DNA of 64,000 nucleotides from the NCBI GenBank assembly GCA_000091205.1, contig AP006488.2; one strand, 5' to 3'. The stretch's first letter is position 1. Each line of letters opens with the position of its first letter. Of the stretch, positions 43,508 through 55,467 are shown in pieces. Both the position numbers and the translations under genes were made by a program. The notes under the pieces were generated by a model, which saw only the letters and a program-made list of their open reading frames with translations, did no database searches and had not been told where the DNA came from. The stretch is from Cyanidioschyzon merolae (taxonomy: Eukaryota).

Positions 43508-45853
43508 TCAGGGAGGTGAGGCGCCCACCTGCATTGACTGAATGGTGCTGATCCGTTCTCCGCCGTCCGTCGCCGCGGCATCTCGTGTAGCGGAAGCGGC
43601 ATCTGGTTCCGTGATGCCTCTCTTGCCAACAGATGCTGTCTCTGCTGCTCGGCGTCGTTCGCGCTCCAGCCATACCAGAAGGATGAGGATATCGGCGGGC
43701 TTGACGCCACCTACCTGCGTCGCCTGACCCAGCGTTGCCGGGCGAATCTTGCTCAATCGATCCATGCTTTCGCGGCTGAGCTGCGTGATCGAGTAGTAAT
43801 CAATATCATCAGGGATCTTTCGTCCATATTCCGCCTTGATTCGGCGAACAGTCTCTTGCTGCTGGTCAATATATCCTTGGTATTTGATGCGAGTCTCCAG
43901 TGTCTCCCAGTCGAAGACCGTCATGTTGGGTTCGGAATCCGCAAGCACACCAACTTGCTTCAGCACACTGAGACTCAACCGTGGCCGACGAAGCAGATCT
44001 GCCAGCGAAACATTCGCTGCGATCTTTCCGACATCACATTGTTGCTGAATGAGAAGTGCCTCTTCGCTGTCGCCGCGAAGCATTGTCGTTTCCAGCCGCA
44101 TCCGTTGGCGCTCAATGCGTTTCAGCTTCTCTTGGAAGATATTCCAGCGACGATCGTCAATGAGGCCGATACTTCGACCCAGCGGCGTCATTCGTTCGTC
44201 GGCATTATCTGCGCGCAGGAGCAGCCGATATTCAGATCGAGAGGTAAGCACGCGATACGGTTCATCGAGCTCTTTTGTGCAGAGATCATCGATCATCACC
44301 CCAAGAAACGAGTCTTCGCGATCCAGCATGACGAGGTCAGCGTCACTGCCCCGCTTGGCAAACTGCGCGGCGTTCACGCCAGCAATGATCCCCTGCGCCG
44401 CAGCCTCCTCGTAGCCGGTCGTCCCGAGCACCTGCCCAGCGAGGAAGAGCCCCTCGATCTTCTTGCTGTGCAGTGTGTGATACACCTGCCATCCCGGAAG
44501 GTAGTCGTAATCAACGGAGTACGCGGGTCGGACCATTCGGCATCGCTCAAGGCCAGGTATGGACTGAAGCATCGCAAGCTGAATCGATTCCGGCATGCCG
44601 GTGGAGAAGCCCTGCACGTAGACTTCGGGAATGGTGCGACCCTCTGGCTCGATGAAAATCTGATGGCTTTCTTTCTCTGCGAAGCGAACGATCTTATCCT
44701 CGATGCTTGGACAGTACCTCGGCCCTGTTGAGCACATGAAGCCACCATACTTGGGAGTTAAATGGAGGTTCTCACGAATAATACGGTGGGTCTCCGCCGT
44801 CGTTCGCGTCAAATAGCACGGCATCGTGTCGCTCCGGGGGTTCCATTCGGCGGGGTCGAAGCTGAACCAATGATCCTCAGGATCGGATGGTTGCGGTTCC
44901 ATAACCGTATAGTCGATGGTTCGGCCGTCGACACGCGGCGGCGTTCCCGTCTTCAAGCGACCTGTCTCAAATCCCATTCGCTGCAAAGTCTCTGTGAGCC
45001 CGAACGATGCCGGCTCGCCTGCGCGACCCGCAGGCATGGACTTGTTGCCTACCCAGATCGTGCCGCCAAGAAACGTCCCCGTTGTTAAGACCACCGCACG
45101 TGCCCGGAATGCGCCCCCAAAATACGTCTCCACGCCCACGACTTCACCATTTGGACCCAGAGCCAAATCGTAGACCATTCCTTCACGAATCTCGAGGTTT
45201 TCAGCTTCCTCCAGAACTCGACGCATCTCCGCTGAATACTCTCGCTTGTCCGTTTGTGCACGCAGCGCCCATACCGCTGGACCCTTGCCACGGTTCAGGA
45301 CACGCCGCTGCAGATACGTTCGATCGGCGATCTTGCCGATCCATCCACCAAGAGCGTCGACTTCATGAACGAGCGTCGATTTTGCTGGTCCGCCAACCGC
45401 TGGATTACAAGGTTGCCAGGCGATACGGTCCAGATTCAGGGTCAAGAGGAGCGTGCGCGCTCCTAAACGAGCAGAGGCAAGTGCCGCTTCGCAGCCGGAG
45501 TGCCCAGCACCGATGACTATGACATCGTACTCGCCTTCGGGGTAGAGCGGTCCACCCCGCGAAGAACGCATACTTTGTGCCTGATTCGAAAAGTGCTCCG
45601 CAGGTAAGCTCGGTGCCGGTAACGGTGACGGCGCCTGCGAGGGCCGCGACGACGAGCCTTCCTCGACACCTTGCTGCGATGCACGTAGGCCAGTGCGATG
45701 TTGCCGGAACAAATGACGCCCTGAACTGGGACACAACCACCCGTTGGTGCTCCTCGTCGTCTGCAGCTCAAGTTGGCGTGAACTGCGCGACTCGCACCAC
45801 TTGGTTGCCCCGGAATGAAACACTCTTGAGAAACTAAGTTCGGCTAGGAACAT
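43508..45853 (-). CDS. MTO1: tRNA uridine 5-carboxymethylaminomethyl modification enzyme MnmG/GidA homolog (mitochondrial MTO1-type). The track ORF starts at a GTG at 45913; the first ATG is at 45853.
   Basis: FAD-binding start YDVIVIGAGHSGCEAALASARLGARTLLLT. The conserved MnmG core is present throughout (GPRYCPSIEDKIVRF, FLAGQVLGTTGYEEAAAQG, and the C-terminal GVKPADILILLVWLE). Confidence 0.95.
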   Translation of the reverse strand: MFLAELSFSRVFHSGATKWCESRSSRQLELQTTRSTNGWLCPSSGRHLFRQHRTGLRASQQGVEEGSSSRPSQAPSPLPAPSLPAEHFSNQAQSMRSSRGGPLYPEGEYDVIVIGAGHSGCEAALASARLGARTLLLTLNLDRIAWQPCNPAVGGPAKSTLVHEVDALGGWIGKIADRTYLQRRVLNRGKGPAVWALRAQTDKREYSAEMRRVLEEAENLEIREGMVYDLALGPNGEVVGVETYFGGAFRARAVVLTTGTFLGGTIWVGNKSMPAGRAGEPASFGLTETLQRMGFETGRLKTGTPPRVDGRTIDYTVMEPQPSDPEDHWFSFDPAEWNPRSDTMPCYLTRTTAETHRIIRENLHLTPKYGGFMCSTGPRYCPSIEDKIVRFAEKESHQIFIEPEGRTIPEVYVQGFSTGMPESIQLAMLQSIPGLERCRMVRPAYSVDYDYLPGWQVYHTLHSKKIEGLFLAGQVLGTTGYEEAAAQGIIAGVNAAQFAKRGSDADLVMLDREDSFLGVMIDDLCTKELDEPYRVLTSRSEYRLLLRADNADERMTPLGRSIGLIDDRRWNIFQEKLKRIERQRMRLETTMLRGDSEEALLIQQQCDVGKIAANVSLADLLRRPRLSLSVLKQVGVLADSEPNMTVFDWETLETRIKYQGYIDQQQETVRRIKAEYGRKIPDDIDYYSITQLSRESMDRLSKIRPATLGQATQVGGVKPADILILLVWLERERRRAAETASVGKRGITEPDAASATRDAAATDGGERISTIQSMQVGASPP

Positions 45854-46130
45854 GATGGAAAAGATCGCACCGTACAGCGCCTTGCGTTCCGCGGGACGCT
45901 CCGGTGGCGTCACGTTGCACGTAAACGTCCCAACCTGTCACGCACAACTAGAGCACGTTACCCAAAAAAGTAGGCCAAGTAGATACGTCAAACAAACAAC
46001 TCCAAAAGCCTTCGAACCGGGAACTTTTCCTGTTCCCTGTGTCCAGAAGCGCTCAGAAGGCACTTACACCACGAAAAGCAACACGTTGTCTAGTGCACGG
46101 TGACACGCATTCCTCGAAGCACGCATGCCT

Positions 46131-46251
46131 GCCGTCGCTGCTGCTGCTGCGATCTAATGGACAGGTCCATTCGGGGCGTCGCTGCTGCTGCCGTCGCTGC
46201 TGCTGCCGTCGCTGCTGCTGCTGCGATCTGATGGACAGGTCGATTCGGGGC

Positions 46252-46297
<46 letters not shown>
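46131..46297. repeat. Complex repeat: approximately 50-60-bp unit (GCTGCTGCTGCGATCTRATGGACAGGTCSATTCGGGGCGTC) duplicated in tandem, followed by (GCT)~16
   Basis: Direct reading. Located in the divergent intergenic region between MTO1 (-) and OGDH (+). Confidence 0.85.
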
Positions 46298-46298
<1 letters not shown>

Positions 46299-47379
46299 AT
46301 ATCTTGCGATGCGGGAGGCAGGGCGCTGGACCGCTCCTGTTCGGGGTCGGATCGCTGGATGGAGCATCCAACGCCACTTTTAGTGTTCGATGAATAGCGG
46401 GTGGCTATCCGGAAAGAGGCCACCGTTCGTCTGCGGACGCGTTCGCACGCAGCCAACTTCAGACTAGTTTTTCCGTCGGGAATAGAGGCTCGGTGGATAC
46501 AGGTACCGTGTGGGTACCGATTCTGTCGCAGACGTTTGCTGCGACGCAGGATGGATACTGCAGGGAAACAGGATATCGCTGCAAGCGTCGGCCCGAAGAG
46601 GCGCTGCATAGACGCGCAGAGGATTTTCAGCGGTGCGTCGGTTTCTCGTGATGCGTGGCGAGCGCAGCGTGATACGGAAGGCGGATGTACCTCAGCGGAA
46701 GATGACGCACTGGGATCTGTTTGCTCGCTGAGCATCGCCGATAGAAAACGCTCGCTCAGCGAAACACGCGGCTGTTGGAGGCGCAGTCCACGGGATTCGG
46801 CATCGACCTGCTTCTGTATGCGACTTGCGCCGCCGCGCATCCATAGCGACGACAAATGTTCCCAGGCAGCTTGGTACCCGCAAGCCCGCTGGATCTAGCT
46901 TCTATTCCGGACGAAAGGACCAGTCTGGAGTTTTAGAAAATGCGAAAGCGTCTGTGAAGGATCACTCGTCGTCGCCTCTTCCCTGGCTGGTGGCGCCGAT
47001 CGCACATCCAGAGATGCATTCGGTTCGATGCACCGACTCGGCATCATCAAACTGGGTATGATCATCACGGATCCCGATATCCATCACGCAATCGGGCATC
47101 TCTGATTCTTGCAAACCATCCCACAACTCAGAAAACGTAAAACAAGTAAGACGCGTGTTATCATCTTTCACTTTATGATGTAGCTCTTTCTAGCGCTGCC
47201 TGCGGCGCTTTTCGAGACAGCGGCCGCGAATCCAGCCGCTGAACGCGATCGAGCACCATCATCGGGAGGCGTCACGCTGGTGCCTGGCGCTGTGACGGAG
47301 CGCATGACTCTATCGCTTCGCGTTGCCCACTAGTACCCGTTTCGTGAACTCGCTGGAGGAACACCTGGGAGAAGGCGCC

Positions 47380-50300
47380 ATGCTTCGTGTCGTTCGGGCC
47401 CTGAACCCGATTCTGTTCCGTTCATTGTCTCCAACAGGTGTTAGCAAGCGACTGCTGGGGCTAACTGGCTGTAACGTGTTGGGTGCTCGTTTGTTGAGCA
47501 CTGCTAGCGCCAGCAGTAGCAGTGATGCAGCGACAGGCGCAGCAGCAGCAGCAGCAGCGGCAACAGCTGCGCAGACGACGCACCGTCAACCTACGTTAGC
47601 TGAATCTGGCCTTTCTAGTGCTGAGGACTTTCTTAATGGAACCAATGCAAACGTGCTGGAAGAGATGTACGAGTTGTGGCTCCGAGAGCCCTCCAAAGTC
47701 CACGGCAGCTGGCAGGCGTTCTTCCGTAATATCGAGACGGGTGCCCCGTTAGGCCAAGCGACAAGCTTGCTCAGCCGGCCTCAGCGGGAGCGCATCTCCC
47801 GTGCGGCACCTTCGGTAACCGCAGGTCGGGACGTTCTGGAGGTTGCGCGGGACACAGTGCGAGTTATGTCGATGATTCGCGCCTTTCGCCACCGCGGTCA
47901 CCTGGTCGCCAACCTGGATCCACTGAACCTGTCTCAGGCAAGCGGTCACGTTGTAGCCGGTGCGCACGAGGAGTCTGCATTGAGTCCAGCGAGAGTGCGC
48001 TACGATTTGGATCCCGTCTCCTACGGTTTCACTGAAGCGGACATGGATCGAATTTTCTACGTAGGCGGTGACTTGCCGGGGCGTCCGCTGCGAACCTTGC
48101 GTGAGATTCACAGCATGCTGAAGAATGCATATTGTGGAACCATCGGCTTCGAATACCGCCACATGCTCAGCAAAGAGGAAAAAGACTGGATCGCATCACG
48201 GGTGGAGGTGTTCGGCCCGATGTTTCGTTTCACACCGGAAGAGAAGCGACAAATTTGGAACTTCACAGCGGAAGCGGAGCTATTTGAAAAATTCCTTTCC
48301 TACAAGTATGCAACTGCAAAACGTTTTGGTCTCGAGGGTGGAGAAAGCATCATTCCCGGCATTCAAGCGATGCTCTTGCGCGGCAGCGAGCTCGGTATCG
48401 AAAACGTCATCATTGGCATGCCTCATCGTGGACGCCTGAACGTGCTGGCCCAGGTAGTGAAGAAACCGCTGGAGCAGATCTTCCATGAATTTAATCCAGA
48501 CGAGAGCCGTACTCGGGTCTATCTCGCTGGTGGATCCGGTGACGTGAAATACCACCTGGGCACCAGCTCAGATCGAACCTTAGCCAACGGAAAACAGATG
48601 CATCTTTCTTTGGTCGCCAACCCGAGTCATTTGGAGGCGGTAGATCCCGTTGTAGTCGGGAAAACCCGGGCCAAGCAGTTCTTCACATACGATGTAGATC
48701 GCCGCCGCACGATGGCGCTCCTGCTGCACGGCGACGCGGCGTTCGCTGGCCAAGGCGTGGTGGCGGAAACCCTAGAACTAAGTGATCTGCATGACTATAC
48801 CATCGGTGGTACGGTACACGTGATTATTAACAATCAGATTGGCTTCACCACGGACCCAAAGCATGCACGCTCATCACCCTACCCGACGGATGTGGCGAAA
48901 TGTGTCGGCATTCCGATATTCCACGTGAACGGCGATGATGTGGAGGCAGTCGTTCACGTTTTCCGCTTAGCCATCGAGTACCGTCAACGCTTCCGCAAGG
49001 ATGTAGTGGTGGATGTCTTCTGTTACCGCCGCCATGGCCATAATGAATTGGATGAACCGTCTTTCACCCAGCCGCTGATGTACAAGAAAATAGCGGCACA
49101 TCCCACGATCTTGCAACTGTACACGCATCGTTTGGTGAATGAGCAGATTGTTCAGCCGAGCGAGGTCCAGCAGATGCGCGACCAGCACATGCGTCGGTAC
49201 GAAATCAGCTTCCGCAATGCCCCGAACTGGAAACCCCGCGATAGCGACTGGCTCGCCTCGCACTGGAAGGGATTCAAATCGGAGTTTCAGTTGAGTCCGA
49301 TTCGTCAGACTGGCGTCGATCGCGATGTGCTGATGCGCGTTGGCCGGGCGCTTTGTCGTATTCCGGAAAGTCTGCATATCCATCCGCATTTGAAGCGCCT
49401 CCTGGAGCATCGCAAGCAGATGCTCGAAGGCGAGATCGGTATCGACTGGGCACTCGCTGAACAGCTCGCGTTTGGAGCACTCATGTGTGAGGGCACGCAC
49501 GTGCGTCTCAGCGGCCAAGACAGCGAACGCGGGACGTTCTCCCAACGTCATGCCGCCCTGATCGACCAGGATACCGAGGAGCGTTACGTGCCGCTGGATC
49601 ATATTGAGGGCGATCCTCCGGGACAGTTCCGCGTGTGCAACTCCTCACTCAGCGAATACGCTGTGCTCGGCTTCGAAGTGGGGTACTCTTTGGAATCCCC
49701 GCGGGCACTGGTGATGCACGAAGCTCAGTTTGGCGACTTTATGAATGGCGCCCAAGTGATCATTGATGAATTTATCGCGTCTGGTGAGAAGAAATGGCGT
49801 CGTCAGTGCGGTATCACCATGCTCTTACCGCACAGCTTCGGGGGCCAGGGTCCCGACCATTCCTCCGCACGACTGGAACGCTTCCTCCAACTCGCCGACG
49901 ATGACCCGGACGAGATCCCGGCTGAACTCGGCATGGACAACCGTATGCAGATTCAGCGCGCGAACCTTCAAGTTGTGAACGCGACCACCCCGGCAAACTA
50001 CTTCCACGTGCTTCGACGCCAGATTCACCGCGACTTTCGAAAGCCCCTCATCCTGCTGACGCCGAAAGAGCTATTGCGCTTGCCGGAATGCCGCTCGCCG
50101 CTCGCCGACTTTCTCACCGGCACTCGTTTCCATCGGCTGATCCCGGAAACGGACCCCGAGATCGCTACCGGTGAGAAAACGCGTCGCTTGATTTTCTGCC
50201 AGGGAAAGGTTTACTACGAGCTCGTTGCCGAGCGAAAGAAACGCCAGATCCGGGATGTCTCCATTGTGCGCCTGGAGCAGATCTCACCGTTCCCGTACGA

Positions 50301-50580
50301 TCGAGTTGCGGAAACGCTCAGCGCTTATCCGAAAGCGGAACTGGTCTGGTGTCAGGAGGAACCCAAGAACGCCGGTGCTTGGTTCTATGTGCAGCCGCGC
50401 ATCCGCACGACCCTGCGAGGTCTCATCGACGAGGCACACGGCAAGCACCGGGTAGTGGCGTACGCTGGGCGCAAACCAGCAGCGGCACCGGCTACCGGTA
50501 TCTACACGATCCACGTTGCCGAGCAGAAGGAGCTGATCGATCAGGCGCTAAGCGATGAACCGTTGCCCGTCACCGTCTGA
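47380..50580 (+). CDS. OGDH: 2-oxoglutarate dehydrogenase E1 component (mitochondrial). The track ORF starts at a TTG at 47323; the first ATG is at 47380 (MLRVVRALNPILFRSLSP..., presequence-like).
   Basis: Collinear E1o hallmarks: SWQAFFRN, MIRAFRHRGHLVANLDPL, GMPHRGRLNVLAQVV, the ThDP-binding region HGDAAFAGQGVVAETL, and C-terminal WCQEEPKNAGAWFYVQPR. Confidence 0.95.
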   Translation: MLRVVRALNPILFRSLSPTGVSKRLLGLTGCNVLGARLLSTASASSSSDAATGAAAAAAAATAAQTTHRQPTLAESGLSSAEDFLNGTNANVLEEMYELWLREPSKVHGSWQAFFRNIETGAPLGQATSLLSRPQRERISRAAPSVTAGRDVLEVARDTVRVMSMIRAFRHRGHLVANLDPLNLSQASGHVVAGAHEESALSPARVRYDLDPVSYGFTEADMDRIFYVGGDLPGRPLRTLREIHSMLKNAYCGTIGFEYRHMLSKEEKDWIASRVEVFGPMFRFTPEEKRQIWNFTAEAELFEKFLSYKYATAKRFGLEGGESIIPGIQAMLLRGSELGIENVIIGMPHRGRLNVLAQVVKKPLEQIFHEFNPDESRTRVYLAGGSGDVKYHLGTSSDRTLANGKQMHLSLVANPSHLEAVDPVVVGKTRAKQFFTYDVDRRRTMALLLHGDAAFAGQGVVAETLELSDLHDYTIGGTVHVIINNQIGFTTDPKHARSSPYPTDVAKCVGIPIFHVNGDDVEAVVHVFRLAIEYRQRFRKDVVVDVFCYRRHGHNELDEPSFTQPLMYKKIAAHPTILQLYTHRLVNEQIVQPSEVQQMRDQHMRRYEISFRNAPNWKPRDSDWLASHWKGFKSEFQLSPIRQTGVDRDVLMRVGRALCRIPESLHIHPHLKRLLEHRKQMLEGEIGIDWALAEQLAFGALMCEGTHVRLSGQDSERGTFSQRHAALIDQDTEERYVPLDHIEGDPPGQFRVCNSSLSEYAVLGFEVGYSLESPRALVMHEAQFGDFMNGAQVIIDEFIASGEKKWRRQCGITMLLPHSFGGQGPDHSSARLERFLQLADDDPDEIPAELGMDNRMQIQRANLQVVNATTPANYFHVLRRQIHRDFRKPLILLTPKELLRLPECRSPLADFLTGTRFHRLIPETDPEIATGEKTRRLIFCQGKVYYELVAERKKRQIRDVSIVRLEQISPFPYDRVAETLSAYPKAELVWCQEEPKNAGAWFYVQPRIRTTLRGLIDEAHGKHRVVAYAGRKPAAAPATGIYTIHVAEQKELIDQALSDEPLPVTV

Positions 50581-51812
50581 AACGACGATGCACTGGACGA
50601 TGTACCGCTGGCGATGCGCATATCGTCGAGCAGCGGGCGACACGACTCGAGGATCAGTGCCCGCTCGTTTGCCAGATGGAGTAACGCAATGAAGATGTAG
50701 GAGAGCGACACCTCGGAGCGGAGATCCTGACCCAGACGCGGCCAGATTTCGGGTAGTAGAGCGCGCAGCCTGGTTTCGTTGCCAGGTCGGATACCCGGAT
50801 TCTCGCAGGACGCTTCGGTTTCCGCACAGTGCGTAGCAAGGTGGCGCTGAATCACTTCCCAGAGCACATTCTTCAAGAGATGCATATCAACGCGTTTGGC
50901 ACGAGTTGCATGGGCCAAATCGATTCGTTCGACGGCGGCAGGTGCGTCTACGAGCGGTACCAAGTGCCGCGCATCGATGCACCCGAGCGCATCCACATCA
51001 GAGACCAGATCGAGGGCGTGGAAGGCAGTTTCCAGTTCTGTGTCGCTGGATTCGGCGTCGGCAGTGCTCAGCTGTGACGATGAGCGCTCCAGCGGTGCGC
51101 AAAAGTTCTCATCTTCAAAGGCTCGCCAGTCGAGCTCAGTCTGGAGCGCCTGCAGGTTGGTGTCGGTGTAGGGTGCAGAAGCAGAAGCACCAGCACCAGC
51201 GCCTGCACCAGAACGAGCATTGTCTCGAGAAGCATGCGGACGGGCTGCGGCTACCATGATCGAACACGAAGGCTGCGTAAACAGACGCATCAACGCGTCG
51301 ATCGTATACTGGTGGTCCGGAGGCAACGTTGTGCGCTGTTCGCTGTGCCGTTCGAGAACAGCTGCCGAGAGCTGCGTGACGCCTCTCCGTCGGCATACCT
51401 GAAACTTGTTGTCAAAAGCGGGATCTGAGACGGGTTTTCTCCAGTCCAGCTGCTGCTGCTGCTGCTGCCCGGCTTTGGGACGCGGTCGCTTCGCACTCGA
51501 TGGATGCGGCTGACCTGCCAGGAGTCCAGCAGCGTGTGGTGGTCTCCAGTGCTCGGGGCCGGCCCAGCTACTGAACAACTCCCTGGGAATGGCACGAAGG
51601 AGACTGCCAGCAGCCTGTCCATTTCGGAACAAGTTCAGATAAAGTTGAAAAGCATCGGCGCAACCTGGCGCCATCGCTGCACTCCCGAACAAGGACGTGT
51701 GCAGCGCGTCGTCGGAGCCGCCTCCACCGCTGCTGCTCGCATGGCTTTCGGCGAGACGCAGTGCGGCGTGATCGTCATGATCATCCTCGTGATCGTCGTC
51801 ATCATCATGTGT

Positions 51813-51861
<49 letters not shown>

Positions 51862-53252
51862 GCACTGGCGCTTTCCGTATCGGATACAGCATCGGAAGCG
51901 TCTGCGCTTCCGCTCAGCGCGGGTACGGCCTCGTATGCGGTTGCCACGGAGCTGGGAAAGAGCTCCATGTGCTCAAAGCCATCTCCATAATCTCGCGGTG
52001 GACCGAACATGTCATCCTCGGGGAAGAGATGCCCTTCTTTCGCTGAGGTTCCGGGTACGAGTCCATGCAGGCCGACTTCGCCGGAGGCTATGTTTGTGCC
52101 GGCAGTTCGCCAGGCCTCGGCTGCGTCGTTCTCGAGTTGATGGAAGAGTCGCTGAAAATTTGGACACAAAGCTTTCTGACCGCGTTGTGTCCAAGCCAGC
52201 ATCGCGTTGGGAAACAGCTCGGCTGCTATCTCTATGTATGGATCCGCCGCCGTCTCATCCTGGTCATCAGGGTGTGATGCGTCCCCGACAGCTTCGGCAT
52301 GCTCTTCTGCATCCAGCGCCATCGTTCCGTCTGCGAGCAAATCCAGAACGCGCACAAGTAGCTCCTGTGATCCGCTCTGGTCAAACAGTTCGCTGAGTTT
52401 CATAAATAGTGGATCGATGGAGCATCCCTCCTCCAGACTCTGCAACGTGAGATGCTCGGGGTTGGACTCCAGCGTGGCTTCGCCCCAGCCGCACTTGACA
52501 AGTTTCGAACGCTGTCGCGAACGACTCGAGGGTGTGGCTTCGGCAGGCTCCTCATCACCAGCGACGGTTGCGCTGTCGGTGGCGGTCTCTTCGGGTGACT
52601 CGTCCTCGTCGGCAGCATGCTGTGCTAGCCCGTTGAGCACGCGATACGCGTTATTGTGCACAGAATCCACTCGGTACGCATATATTTTCACGCCTGCGTC
52701 GATGGTGGAGCCCGCAAGCGCAAAGTTCGTATCGAGCGCTTCACGTGTGAGGTCGTCCTGAACCGAATGACGGGGCGCCCGCCCTCGCTGAGCGTCATGC
52801 GAACCCTCTGAGCGAAACGCGACCGCAGCAATATGGTCGATGAGATTCAGTTGCCAGGAGTTCACCGCGTTGACGCGGTTCTCAGCACACAGACGGATCG
52901 TAGTCGCGTACAACTGCAAAAGCTCCGGATCCGAAAGCTTCTTGACGCTAGCGTCCGGCTCGGCAGCCGCCAAGAAACTCTCGTCTAGACCGCGGCGCGC
53001 CTGCGGTGAGCGTAAGCTCAACCCTGTTCTGAGCGTATTCTTCGATTGACGCGCGACTCGTGCTTGCTGCCTTTCTCGCGCGTCATCGTTCCAGCACAGG
53101 GAGTCCTCAAGTGCCAGAAACGAGCTCGAAGCCCGCTCAGTCGGTTGTGCTTCTCCGCTTGAAAGCGACGTTGGTGCACGGTGCTGGTGCTCCGGTTCCG
53201 ATGCTTCGGAACGTTGACTTTTATCTTGATGTTCTGCACGCCTGCCTCTCAT
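50541..53252 (-). CDS. NCAPH: Condensin complex subunit 2 (CAP-H/Barren/Brn1 kleisin). The track ORF starts at a TTG at 53300; the first ATG is at 53252. Its 3' end overlaps the OGDH 3' end by about 40 nt.
   Basis: N-terminal kleisin motif ...NAVNSWQLNLIDHI...NFALAGSTIDAGVKIYAYRVDSVHNNAYRVLNGL matches the Barren/CAP-H signature (NFQKAS.TLDA.VKIY..RVDSVH....KVLGGL). Long acidic/low-complexity middle with a poly-Ala tract. The conserved C-terminal region is present. Confidence 0.8.
51813..51855. repeat. (AGC)n microsatellite encoding poly-Ala on the minus strand inside CAP-H
   Basis: Direct reading. Confidence 0.9.
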
Positions 53253-55467
53253 GTTGAATGAAGAAGCTACCCCACCACCGGATGGATTCCCTGAAAACAA
53301 ACGCGTGTCCTTGAGGTTGCTGGTGCACCAAGCAGGCTCCCAGTCTGTGTCACCCGCCGTTACAGCGCAGCGCGCACGATGAGCGTAGCCTGCGCAGTTG
53401 CCGGGTATCGGCCTTGCAGCAGCAGCAGCAGCAGCAGCAGCAGCGGGCGATCTCGTTGTGCAGCATCCGCAGCATCCGCAGCGGCGGCAGCGGCGGCGCT
53501 CACGCTGCCGGGAATTTGAATGTGATGCGCATACCGTCGCCTGCAGCGGTGCGCGCGCGCGCGCGTGCTTTTCGCAACGCTTGCTGGCGGGCGCTGGTGC
53601 GCAACGCGCCTTGCGCGGTCGATGCTCAGCGGGCGTACGGGTTGCAGGTGCTGGTGCCTCTCCCAGGGTGCACGGTATGGAGTCATGGATGGGAACGGTG
53701 GATCAGTGATTGTTTCGGGGGCAAGTCTCTCGGTTTGTAAGTGTGGTATGCTTGTTTTGATGGACTGCTGAACGGTACAAGAGCAGTAGATTGTTCCGAG
53801 TGGGGATAGCATACACGCTCTCTACAGGTTGCCGTATGACACGCATGGGAACTCTTCAGCGTTCCAGCACGATGTTTGTTAAGTGGCGTGCGGAGCGCTG
53901 ATCTAGAAATCTTGTTTGACGTAAATCCGATAGATGCTGTAGAAGATCAAACGATTGCCGGGGATGAATTGAGGCGTTCAAGTGTGGGTGCATAGAGAGT
54001 GCTTGCGTACGGGTTTGCTGGTGCAGTCACAACGTGGCGAGCTGCGGATCTTCGATTGTCTCGGCATTCGATGATGATCGCTCAGCTTAACGTACACCAT
54101 CGATTACCTTCGCTTCTGATTTTACGCTTTTCTCTCTGTGAGTTTCTGCGTGCACACGCGTGCTCGTGATGCGTGGGTGTCGCCGCTCGCGCGCATCGAC
54201 GAGCATCGACCAAAGTCGATGCCTGTGCTCCTTGGAAGCGCTCGTTTAGAGAGCGCCGCAGTGCAGCTTTTGCACGCTACTGCACGTCCAGCATCATAGA
54301 TGACCATCATCGTACCACGCGGACTGTGGGAGATTGCCAGTTCCAACCCATTGGACATGTTGCTGCATGCACAATGCCTGGCTTTTTATAAACGAAATCG
54401 CTGGCGAAACCAGCGCGATCTCCTGTACTGATGCCCAAAGCTCGTTCAACTGAGCTATTCGGGCGCTCAGGTCCTCGCCGAATAAAGCGTGCAGAGCATT
54501 CTCCCATGTGCTGGATGAGGCGCTCAGAGCGTCTCAGTGGATCCTGAACGCGCCCTAGCTCTTGTTCGTTTGCATCCTGACGAGCGTCATGCCTGCCTAT
54601 CGATACTGGCGAGCTCTGGAAAATTTGAACTGCTTCAACTGCTTTCCATTCAGGTCTTTCCGTTTGATCTCTTGAGTTCGAGGAACGGCTGGTGCCTGGA
54701 CGCCCCTCAACACCGGAACCAAGAGCACAACATATTCTTTCCCTGCATCTATCTTGACGTGTTGGAATTGAGCCGCATTCAACGACTCTGGCCCAGATTT
54801 CACGACGCGCATGCGGACCGATGTTCCATGGGTCTCTTTCGTACTTGAAAAATTCTTTCCTCTGTTGAAACGACAATTTTTGAGCGAGCTCGGCGAGTGG
54901 TCTTTCCGATTCAAGGCGGTTGCTTCAAAGCTGCTCGCAGCCGCAAGACGCAGGACTCTGAGAAAGCCATACAGGACACAACTGTTTACGGTGACGTCAT
55001 GGGCATTGGGGTGACCTATGCAGACCAGAAAAAATCGACTCATGAAGGGGCGAAGGCGCTTAGATTCAGGAAAAGGTCTGCTTTTCTCTGGAGCGCTCTG
55101 TTCAGCAAAACATGGCAGCGCACGCTTGCAGCACGTCAGGTATCAGGCGGGACACCATGCGTCCAGACTGCATCCGAATCTCCGCGGATACGGCCTGCGT
55201 TCTCAACGAAGTATGCGGTAATGTCAGGTTTTTAGTATTTCTCGGAAATTTCAAATTTTCAGACACGCGAACACGCTTCCAACGCCGCGCTGACCCATGA
55301 GAAGCGCGAAAATCGAACAATCCGTGGCACCTCTCATTCGCGTCATGCCCAGTGCACGATCTTTGCCTTCATATACAGCGTTTGGGTGCATCGCCCAGTG
55401 TCCAGCGGAATGCACCTTGCAACTTGTCCGTACAATCGAGGCGACCAGAGTCCAGACTCGGCACGCA

